A DNA stretch of 63,937 nucleotides from an uncultured Chromatiales bacterium (lineage in GTDB: Bacteria > Pseudomonadota > Gammaproteobacteria > RBG-16-57-12). Shown in pieces: positions 9,208-17,006 of this stretch; the first letter of the stretch is position 1; the number at the start of each line of letters is the position of its first letter. Below the pieces are notes generated by a model. It saw only the letters and a list, made by a program, of their open reading frames with translations, was not told where the DNA came from and did not search any database. The translations under genes and the position numbers were made by a program. Location of the stretch: contig CAZKZP010000008.1 in the NCBI GenBank assembly GCA_964557295.1, positions 22,897-86,833 on the forward strand. Reading direction: 5' to 3'.

Positions 9208-11043
9208 ATGGCTGATGAATTACTAGTCTATTACGAGAAGGAACTGGCGTTCATCCGTCAAATGGGTGCAGAGTTCGCCAAGGAACACCCGAAAATTGCC
9301 GGCCGGCTGGGCATCAATGACGACGTTATCGAAGATCCGCATGTCTCCCGCCTGATCGAGGCGTTTGCCTATCTGAACGCGCGCATCCAGCACAAGCTCG
9401 ACGATGATTTTCCGGAATTATCGGATGCGCTGCTCAACGTGCTTTTCCCGCACTACCAGCGTCCGATCCCGTCCATGTCAATTGTTCACTTCGAGCCGGA
9501 CCGGGAACAGCTTGAATCCAAATATGTTATTCCGCGCGAAACTCAGCTCGACACGGAACAGTTTCAAGGTGTGTTCTGCCGATTCTCGACTGTCTATCCC
9601 ACTGAGCTGCTCCCTCTCGAGTTGACCGCTGCCAGTCTAATGGGATTGCCGCTCACCACGCCAGGCGCCGCGCGCGCACGCGGCGCGATGAGCGTGCTCA
9701 AGCTCTCCTTCAGCACACTTTCCGAGCAGATAAAAATCGCTGACATTCGTCCAGACAAGCTACGGTTCTTTCTGAAAGGTCAGCCGCAGTATGTCAACCC
9801 ACTTTACCAGATGCTGATGAAGGATTGCGTCACCGTCGTGGCTACCGCATCCGAGACGGATGTTGCACCGGTTTTTCTTGGGCAGAATGCCATACAGCCG
9901 GTTGGCTTTGGTTTGGACGAAGGCTTGCTGCCGTATCCTGCCGCCTCCTTCCCAGGATACCGGCTGATCACAGAATTGTTCGTGTTTCCCGAAAAGTTTC
10001 TGTTTTTCGACATCACGAATCTGGAGAAGTGCATTCCCGCCAATGCCACCAACCAGATGCACATTTATATTTATCTGCGCAGCTCGAACATCGAGCTGGA
10101 GCACAATATCAATCAGCAAACCTTCGTGATGGGATGCACCCCGGTCGTCAATCTATTTACGCAGAAAACCGATCCGATAAAGGTCGATCATACCCATCAT
10201 GAGTATCATGTCGTGCCAGACGCGCGCCGCCCGGTCGGATATGAAGTCTATTCCATCGACAAGGTAATGGCATCGACTGCATCGGGTGAAGAAGAGGAAT
10301 TTTTCCCCATGTATGGGCTCGACCACGGCAACCGCGACACACAGCGGCATGCCTACTGGCATGCCGTTCGCCGCAGCGCCAAGCTTGGAATTTATGAGCG
10401 TGACGAAGGCACGGATGTTTTCTTGAATCTCGTTGATTTGGATTTCAATCCCAACCTGCCCGATGACCGCACCCTGAGCATCACGGCCACGTGCAGCAAT
10501 CGTGACATGCCATCACGCCTGCCATTTACGATGGATCAACCGAAACTACAGTGCGCCAATGGCTCCCCACCCTGCTCTCGTATTCGAATGCTGTACAAGC
10601 CGACCAATGTGGTACGCCCGCCATTGCGCAATCATGCCCGCTGGCGCTTGATCTCGCACCTCAATCTCAATTTTTTATCACTGACGGGAAATGACGACGC
10701 CACCCAGGCGCTGAAAGAGATTTTACGCCTGTACGACTTCAAGGAATCATCCGTTACTCGTGCCCTGGTCGACTCCATCACCGCGGTGCGCGCACACCCG
10801 ATCAGCGCGCCCTTGACCATTGATGACCATGCCACCATGTGCCGCGGCATGGAGATCGAAATAGAACTCGATGATCTGCTGCTATCAGGTTGCAGCGCCT
10901 ATCTGTTTGCGACCGTCCTGGAATATTTTTTCGCGCTCTACTGTTCGATAAACAGCTTCACGAAGGTGTTGGTCAAAGTAAAAAGCAAAGAAGGTTATTT
11001 AAAGAAATGTCCACCACGCGCCGGCAACAAAGTATTCCTGTAA
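9208..11043 (+). CDS. tssF: T6SS baseplate protein TssF
   Basis: 611 aa. The N-terminus LLVYYEKELAFIRQMGAEFAKEHPKIAGRLG is the canonical TssF start. Confidence 0.9.
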   Translation: MADELLVYYEKELAFIRQMGAEFAKEHPKIAGRLGINDDVIEDPHVSRLIEAFAYLNARIQHKLDDDFPELSDALLNVLFPHYQRPIPSMSIVHFEPDREQLESKYVIPRETQLDTEQFQGVFCRFSTVYPTELLPLELTAASLMGLPLTTPGAARARGAMSVLKLSFSTLSEQIKIADIRPDKLRFFLKGQPQYVNPLYQMLMKDCVTVVATASETDVAPVFLGQNAIQPVGFGLDEGLLPYPAASFPGYRLITELFVFPEKFLFFDITNLEKCIPANATNQMHIYIYLRSSNIELEHNINQQTFVMGCTPVVNLFTQKTDPIKVDHTHHEYHVVPDARRPVGYEVYSIDKVMASTASGEEEEFFPMYGLDHGNRDTQRHAYWHAVRRSAKLGIYERDEGTDVFLNLVDLDFNPNLPDDRTLSITATCSNRDMPSRLPFTMDQPKLQCANGSPPCSRIRMLYKPTNVVRPPLRNHARWRLISHLNLNFLSLTGNDDATQALKEILRLYDFKESSVTRALVDSITAVRAHPISAPLTIDDHATMCRGMEIEIELDDLLLSGCSAYLFATVLEYFFALYCSINSFTKVLVKVKSKEGYLKKCPPRAGNKVFL

Positions 11044-12143
11044 TTCGAAAACTGTACGATGATGCCGCTGCATTCCGCTTTGTTCAGGCAGTGCGGCTGC
11101 TGGAGCGTTTTGCCGCCTTATCCTGCCAGGATGGGTCATCATTGGCCAGCAAACCTGTAGCACGCTTTCTGCCACCTACGTCGGAATCAGTTCGCTTCCA
11201 TGCCAATTCTTCACTGTCGTTTGCGCCGTCAGAGATTGATTCGATCTCCCTGGACAACTCCGCGGCTGACACTCATCGTCAGCCTCAATTGACAGTCAAC
11301 TTCATAAGCCTGACCGGCGCCGCCGGCGTGCTGCCCTATCATTATACCGAACTTCTGCTGCAACGGTTGAAACTGAAAGACAAGACCCTGGCGGCGTTTT
11401 TTGATCTGTTCAATCACCGCACCATTTCGCTGTTTTACCAAGCCTCGGTGAAATACCGGCTGCCACTCGAATATGAGCGAAACAAGCTCAATCCGCTCCC
11501 CGGTTCGGCTACCGACAGCCATACCCAAGTGTTACTGTCGCTTGTTGGTCTGGGAACCAAAAAACTGACTCAGCGGCTGTATACGCGCGATGAGTCCTTG
11601 CTGTATTACGCGGGGTTATTCAGCAGCAAGATTCGCACCGCACACGGGCTTAGTCAAATTCTGCAACACCATTTCCGGATTCCAGTTGAGATCAAGGAAT
11701 TCATCGGTGAATGGCAGGATCTCATCGATGATGTTCGCACCCGCATGCCTAGCGTGGAAAACCGTCGTGGCCAGAACAATTCTCTCGGCAAATCGGTCAT
11801 GCTGGGTCGCAAAGGCTGGTTTGCCCAAGCGAAATTCCATGTCATTCTCGGGCCGTTGTCACCAACACAGTTACACCAATTTGCTCCAGGCACCGCCACA
11901 CTCAAGGCGCTCGATGAAATCGTCCGGCTGTACGTCAATTTTGAACATAGCTATGAATTCATAATGCGGATACGCCGCGCCGACATTCCAGGGCGTATCG
12001 CATTGAGTAAAGCGCAACCTCCGGTGATGGGCTGGAATACCTGGCTGGCGAGCTCTGCCCTCCGATCCGCGGATCCTGAGCAGACCGTTGATATCCCGGT
12101 CTCTCCCCGGCGGATCAAGATATCGCCTGCAACATTTAAGTAG
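11007..12143 (+). CDS. tssG: T6SS baseplate protein TssG
   Basis: Start chosen at ATG 11007 (MSTTRRQQ...), overlapping the tssF end by 37 nt. The motif AAAFRFVQAVRLLER is typical of the TssG N-terminus. The longer ORF-track start at 10890 lies inside tssF. Confidence 0.85.
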   Translation: MSTTRRQQSIPVIRKLYDDAAAFRFVQAVRLLERFAALSCQDGSSLASKPVARFLPPTSESVRFHANSSLSFAPSEIDSISLDNSAADTHRQPQLTVNFISLTGAAGVLPYHYTELLLQRLKLKDKTLAAFFDLFNHRTISLFYQASVKYRLPLEYERNKLNPLPGSATDSHTQVLLSLVGLGTKKLTQRLYTRDESLLYYAGLFSSKIRTAHGLSQILQHHFRIPVEIKEFIGEWQDLIDDVRTRMPSVENRRGQNNSLGKSVMLGRKGWFAQAKFHVILGPLSPTQLHQFAPGTATLKALDEIVRLYVNFEHSYEFIMRIRRADIPGRIALSKAQPPVMGWNTWLASSALRSADPEQTVDIPVSPRRIKISPATFK

Positions 12144-12313
12144 CTCTGATTGATTAGGGGGCCTCTGATTTTTTAGAGGTTCCGTGCGGCAGCAGGAGCT
12201 GCCGCCATCTTCGATGGGCAATAAGCCATTGAAAATGAAGGAAGGCAAAAATCACCGTTTTTGCTTCCCCTGCTCTGAAAATTCGCGGACGGAATTATTC
12301 AGAGCTTCCTTAG
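12141..12313 (+). repeat. Copy A of a ~130-170-bp hairpin-rich MITE/REP-like intergenic repeat
   Basis: ~85% identical by eye to 41736-41849 over ~110 nt. Imperfect terminal inverted repeats: agctctgattgatt at the left end, against the reverse complement of the right end, agctctgaataatt. Internal hairpins are GCGGCAGC-agga-GCTGCCGC (12186-12205), GGAAGGCAAAAA-tcaccg-TTTTTGCTTCC, and ctctgaaaattc...gaattattcagag. Confidence 0.7.
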
Positions 12314-12366
12314 AATTAATGCAGTCTGGTAGCATATGCGCACAATGGATAGAATAGGCAGGCGTC

Positions 12367-12774
12367 ATGACGAGATGGATCAACATACTTCTCTCAATCC
12401 TTGTGATTTCCGGTTGCGTGAGCCCGGCCCCGGTGCCCAACGCCCAAGGGTTGGCCATCGCAAACATCAAAGTCGAGCAGCGCGGCAAGTACGAGGATAA
12501 TCGCCCATCCATGATGGGTATTTGCAAGGGTTTTTTGCTATCGGAAAATCAAGTGCGCGAATTTTTCGATCATTCCAGCTACCTGCGAGACGACGAGTCC
12601 AGAGCGCGTTATACGATTCTGCCCTGCTATTCCAGCGGCACCGCCACGATCAACGCCGAACCCTATCATTGGGTGATTCGCGCCGGTGGCGTCGGCGAAT
12701 TTTATAACGAGAATGACCGCTTTATTAAAATATGCGGCAAGACATGTTGCAATAAGTTACCCAGCATTTGCTGA
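12367..12774 (+). CDS. Small Cys-rich lipoprotein of unknown function embedded between tssG and clpV
   Basis: 135 aa with signal peptide and lipobox (LSILVISGC). Five further Cys residues, four of them near the C-terminus (KICGKTCCNKLPSIC). I recognise no family. Confidence 0.6.
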   Translation: MTRWINILLSILVISGCVSPAPVPNAQGLAIANIKVEQRGKYEDNRPSMMGICKGFLLSENQVREFFDHSSYLRDDESRARYTILPCYSSGTATINAEPYHWVIRAGGVGEFYNENDRFIKICGKTCCNKLPSIC

Positions 12775-12823
12775 GTGGCAAGACACCATTATGACGATGT
12801 AACCCGACTTTACGGAAGGGGCA

Positions 12824-15541
12824 ATGACAACGAGGACGCCGATGATAACGATCGATTTGAAATCCCTGGTAGGTAAACTGAGCGAGCCATCGCGCACCGC
12901 GCTGGAAGCTGCCGCCGGTTTGTGTCTTGCCCGCATGCATTACAACATCGAAATCGAGCACTGGCTACTCAAGCTGCTCGAAGTCCCCAACACCGATTTG
13001 CGCGCCCTGTTGCAAAAATATCAAATCGATATCGGCCGACTGGCGCTGGAAATCAATCAGGAACTGGACCACATCAAATCAGGTAACGCGCGCGCGCCCG
13101 CGCTGTCGCCGACGTTGGTGGATATCGCCAAGAATGCCTGGATGCTCGCTTCGATCGAGTTTGGCCATCCACAAGTCACCTCCGCCCACATCCTGGCGGC
13201 GCTGATGTTGGATGACAATCTGCGTCGCTCGACTGACGTCAGCAGCGGCGTGTTGAAGACCATACAGCCTGAATCGCTACGTGACATGGTGCGCGCCATC
13301 GTCGGCACCACCTCTGAATCCCGCTCGGCCTCCGCCAAGAACAATCTGTCTGAAGTCGATGCCAGCAGCATGGGCAATTCGGCAGTTCCCAGCAATTCAC
13401 CGGCACTCGACAAATACACTATCAACCTCACAGATGATGCCAAGAACGGCAAGATCGATCCTGTGCTGGGACGCGATGAGGAGATCCGCCAGATCATCGA
13501 CATCCTGATCCGCCGCCGGCAGAACAACCCGATCCTCACCGGTGAGGCTGGCGTAGGGAAAACAGCCGTGGTCGAAGGATTCGCCCTGCGCATAGCCACC
13601 GGAGACGTGCCAGATCAGTTGAAGAATGTCAGCGTACGGGTGCTGGATCTTGGTTTGCTGCAGGCCGGCGCCAGCGTCAAAGGAGAATTCGAAAATCGAC
13701 TCAAGTCGGTCATCAGCGAGGTGCGCGCATCGCCGCAACCCATCATCCTGTTCATCGACGAGGCGCATACACTGATCGGCGCGGGCGGCAAAGAAGGACA
13801 AGGGGACGCCGCCAATCTACTCAAACCGGCGCTGGCGCGCGGCGAGTTGCGCACGATTGCCGCCACCACCTGGGCGGAATACAAAAAATATTTCGAGCGC
13901 GACCCTGCGCTGACGCGCCGCTTCCAAGTCGTCAAGATCGAGGAACCCAGTGAAGACAAGGCCATCAACATGATGCGCGCCATTTCGCAACCGCTACAGA
14001 ATCATCATGGCGTGCGCATACTGGACGAGGCCATCGTCGACTCAGTGCGCCTCTCCAGCCGCTACATCACCGCGCGTCAATTGCCGGACAAGTCTGTCAG
14101 CCTGCTGGATACCGCTTGCGCCCGCGTGGCGCTCAGCCAGAGCGCGACGCCGGCGGCCATCGAGGACACCCGCCGCAACATTTTACAGTGCAAGACCAAT
14201 ATCGCTTCGCTGGCAAAGGAGCATGCTGCGCTCGGCACCAACAGCGAGCGCATCACCGAACTCAAGCAGCACCAGCTCGACCTGGAGACGCAGCTCGAAA
14301 TCCAGGAGACTCAATGGAAGCAGGAAAAAGACTGCGTGGCGCAGATTCATCAACTGCAAAAGCAGATCGAGGAAGATTTTCACCTGCGCGCCATGAGCAA
14401 GGAGGTGCGCAGCCAGCAAAAATTGTCCGAACCGATGACAGATGCCGCGCGCGCCGTGCTCACCCAGCAGCTGCACTCCGCGATGAGTGAGCTGGATAAA
14501 ATCCAGGGCGCGACCCCAATGATTCAAGTCAACGTCGACAGTCAGGCCATTGCCGAGGTGGTGGCCAACTGGACCGGCATCCCCGTCGGCAAGATGATGG
14601 CCGATGAAATCCAGACCGTGATCAATCTCAAGGACGTCCTGGCCGCGCGCGTCATTGGCCAGTCACACGCGCTGAACGCCATCGCCGAAAGCATTCGCAC
14701 TGCCCGCGCCGGGCTGACCGATCCGCGCAAACCGATCGGCGTATTTTTCATGGTCGGCCCCAGCGGCGTGGGCAAGACCGAAACCGCCCTGGCGCTCGCC
14801 GATCTGCTCTACGGCGGCGAACAGAATCTCACCACCATCAACATGTCCGAATTCAAGGAAGAACACAAAGTCTCCATGCTGCTGGGTTCACCACCCGGCT
14901 ACGTCGGCTATGGCGAGGGCGGCGTGCTGACCGAAGCCGTCCGCCGCAAGCCATATAGCGTCGTGCTGCTGGATGAGATGGAAAAAGCGCATCCCGGTGT
15001 GCAGGATGTCTTTTACAACCTGTTCGACAAGGGTACGATCAAGGACGGCGAAGGCCGCGACATCGATTTCAGAAACACCGTCATCATCATGACGTCTAAC
15101 GCCGCGGAAGAACACATTCGCGCCATGTGCGCGCAAAGCGCAACCCTGCCGGAACCGGATGTGCTGCTGGACAACTTCCGACCGCACTTGCTCAGGTATT
15201 TCAAGCCGGCATTTCTCGGCCGCACCACCATCATTCCCTATTATCCGCTGAATGATGAAAACTTGTTGAAGATCACCGCGCTCAACATGAAGCGCATCGA
15301 AAAACGCATCAAACAGTGCTACAACGCCGGCTTCAGCTACGACGAGGATGTGTTGTTGCATATCGTCGCGCGCTGCCAGGAAGTCGATACGGGCGCCAGA
15401 AACATCGAGAACATCATCAACCGCTCGCTGCTTCCCGAACTGTCGGCGCATTGTCTTGCCCGGATGGCGCGCGATGAAGCCATCAGCAGCATCCATGTTG
15501 GGGTGTCGGAGGACGGCCAGTTCCTTTGTCAAATCAGCTGA
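12824..15541 (+). CDS. tssH: T6SS AAA+ ATPase ClpV (TssH)
   Basis: 905 aa with a ClpV-type N-domain (LKSLVGKLSEPSRTALEAAAGLCLARMHYNIEIEHWLLKLLE). Two AAA+ modules carry Walker A motifs GEAGVGKT and GPSGVGKT. Confidence 0.9.
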   Translation: MTTRTPMITIDLKSLVGKLSEPSRTALEAAAGLCLARMHYNIEIEHWLLKLLEVPNTDLRALLQKYQIDIGRLALEINQELDHIKSGNARAPALSPTLVDIAKNAWMLASIEFGHPQVTSAHILAALMLDDNLRRSTDVSSGVLKTIQPESLRDMVRAIVGTTSESRSASAKNNLSEVDASSMGNSAVPSNSPALDKYTINLTDDAKNGKIDPVLGRDEEIRQIIDILIRRRQNNPILTGEAGVGKTAVVEGFALRIATGDVPDQLKNVSVRVLDLGLLQAGASVKGEFENRLKSVISEVRASPQPIILFIDEAHTLIGAGGKEGQGDAANLLKPALARGELRTIAATTWAEYKKYFERDPALTRRFQVVKIEEPSEDKAINMMRAISQPLQNHHGVRILDEAIVDSVRLSSRYITARQLPDKSVSLLDTACARVALSQSATPAAIEDTRRNILQCKTNIASLAKEHAALGTNSERITELKQHQLDLETQLEIQETQWKQEKDCVAQIHQLQKQIEEDFHLRAMSKEVRSQQKLSEPMTDAARAVLTQQLHSAMSELDKIQGATPMIQVNVDSQAIAEVVANWTGIPVGKMMADEIQTVINLKDVLAARVIGQSHALNAIAESIRTARAGLTDPRKPIGVFFMVGPSGVGKTETALALADLLYGGEQNLTTINMSEFKEEHKVSMLLGSPPGYVGYGEGGVLTEAVRRKPYSVVLLDEMEKAHPGVQDVFYNLFDKGTIKDGEGRDIDFRNTVIIMTSNAAEEHIRAMCAQSATLPEPDVLLDNFRPHLLRYFKPAFLGRTTIIPYYPLNDENLLKITALNMKRIEKRIKQCYNAGFSYDEDVLLHIVARCQEVDTGARNIENIINRSLLPELSAHCLARMARDEAISSIHVGVSEDGQFLCQIS

Positions 15542-15593
15542 GGACTTGCTCAAGGCCAGCGCGATTCCACCGGAAACCCTGTATCGACCAACC

Positions 15594-17006
15594 ATGACCA
15601 TCTGCTCACGCTATTTCATTATCGCGCTGCTGGCTTGCCTGCTGTTGTCCACGGCAAGCCTCGCCGCGCCGACCGCCGCACCGCAATCGACCGAGTTCGA
15701 GCGGCTCGATCAGCAATTCCAGCAATTCACCGCTGGTTTGTATTCGAAGCACGCGCCTTCGCTGGCACCAACCATCTTCGAAACCCCGGAACAACTCAAG
15801 ACAGCGGTGGCGCAGCATCTCGCCAACAAAGAGCCGCTGCTGGCCGCTGCGGCCGTGCACACCAATCTAGCGCTCGTCCAGGCGCATATCAACCATCCCG
15901 CGGCGATCGACTATATTGCGCTGCTACTCGATCAGAATGCGTGGCAAGCCGCCAGCGCGCTCCATGCCCTCGCGCAAGAGGAAGGCAGCAAGGCCCTGAT
16001 CTCCAATGTCTCCTATCTGGTTGCCCGCCACCACTTTGAACGCAACGACTGGCAGCGCTGCATCGAACTGCTGGACGGCATCACCGCCGACTTGCCGCAA
16101 GCGCGCGCCCAGCATGCGCTGCTGATGCAAGGCATCGCCTTGCAGAAACTGAAGCAACACCGTGACGCCCTCAAGTTCTATGCCAAGATTTCATCGACCT
16201 CACCGTATTACGTTCAGGCGCGCATGAACATGGCGGTCGCCAATATCCGCCAGGATTGGTGGACCGATGCGCACATCATCATCAATGACCTGCTGAAAGA
16301 TCCGGCCGTAGCCGGTGATGTGCAAACCCAAGACCGGCTGTACACCATGCTGGGTTACTCCTTTCTGCAACAACGTTTCTATCGCAACGCCCGCGAATCC
16401 TTTCGCAATGTTGGACAAGACAGCATTTACGCGCATCAGGCCCTGCTGGGTATCGCACTGGCCGCAGGCCATCAGGACGACCACATCGGCGCACTCAATG
16501 CGGCGCGACTGCTCAAGGACAGCCACAAACCGGTCTTGCCAGTCGATGAGGCCTATCTCTTGCTGCCCTATTTTTATGAAAAGCTCCAGCAGCCCGCCAC
16601 CGCCTCCGCCGCGTATGACGAAGCGGTGCAGTATTTCACCAATCACATCGCCGCGATAAATGCCGTGCTGCAGATCGATTTGTCCGGCTTTCGCCAACAG
16701 CATCAGGTCGAGCGCGACCAGCGGCTGCATTTCCAAAACCAGTCGATCGCACTCCCCAAGCGCATGCCGCGCGCCTTTCTGCACCATTACCAACAGCTCG
16801 ATCAATACCGCGCTCCACTGGCGGCATTGGCGGACCCGCAACTCTCCCGGCAATTCACCCAGCTTGAGGATGCCTACGCCGCCGCGCTTTATACGCTGAC
16901 ACATGAGGCGCTCAATGAGCGCATCTCCCAGCTGTCGCATTATCTAAATCAATCGCGGTACAGCATTGCGCGCCTGTTTGACACCCACGAGGCCATCAAG
17001 CCGTGA
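15594..17006 (+). CDS. Exported helical-repeat (TPR-like) protein, module gene A
   Basis: Start set at ATG 15594, 52 nt after the clpV stop; the ORF-track start at 15348 overlaps clpV. Signal peptide MTICSRYFIIALLACLLLSTASLAAP. 470 aa, Ala/Leu/Gln-rich helical repeats, no catalytic motif seen. Confidence 0.65.
   Translation: MTICSRYFIIALLACLLLSTASLAAPTAAPQSTEFERLDQQFQQFTAGLYSKHAPSLAPTIFETPEQLKTAVAQHLANKEPLLAAAAVHTNLALVQAHINHPAAIDYIALLLDQNAWQAASALHALAQEEGSKALISNVSYLVARHHFERNDWQRCIELLDGITADLPQARAQHALLMQGIALQKLKQHRDALKFYAKISSTSPYYVQARMNMAVANIRQDWWTDAHIIINDLLKDPAVAGDVQTQDRLYTMLGYSFLQQRFYRNARESFRNVGQDSIYAHQALLGIALAAGHQDDHIGALNAARLLKDSHKPVLPVDEAYLLLPYFYEKLQQPATASAAYDEAVQYFTNHIAAINAVLQIDLSGFRQQHQVERDQRLHFQNQSIALPKRMPRAFLHHYQQLDQYRAPLAALADPQLSRQFTQLEDAYAAALYTLTHEALNERISQLSHYLNQSRYSIARLFDTHEAIKP

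Noticed and set aside
10890-11006. Upstream extension of the tssG ORF (track start 10890)
   Set aside because: It lies inside the tssF coding sequence. The conserved TssG sequence begins after the ATG at 11007.
11871-12527. Minus-strand ORFs 11871-12248 and 12252-12527, and the similar 41499-41783, sharing an M[PL]SFIFN start
   Set aside because: The shared peptide comes from the DNA repeat (copies A and B). These ORFs use TTG starts, run antisense into tssG, the small basic ORF downstream of suhB, or the lipoprotein gene, and the similarity ends where the repeat ends.
15348-15593. Upstream extension of TPR module gene A overlapping the last 190 nt of clpV
   Set aside because: The extension has no signal-peptide logic, whereas the ATG at 15594 gives a textbook signal peptide immediately.
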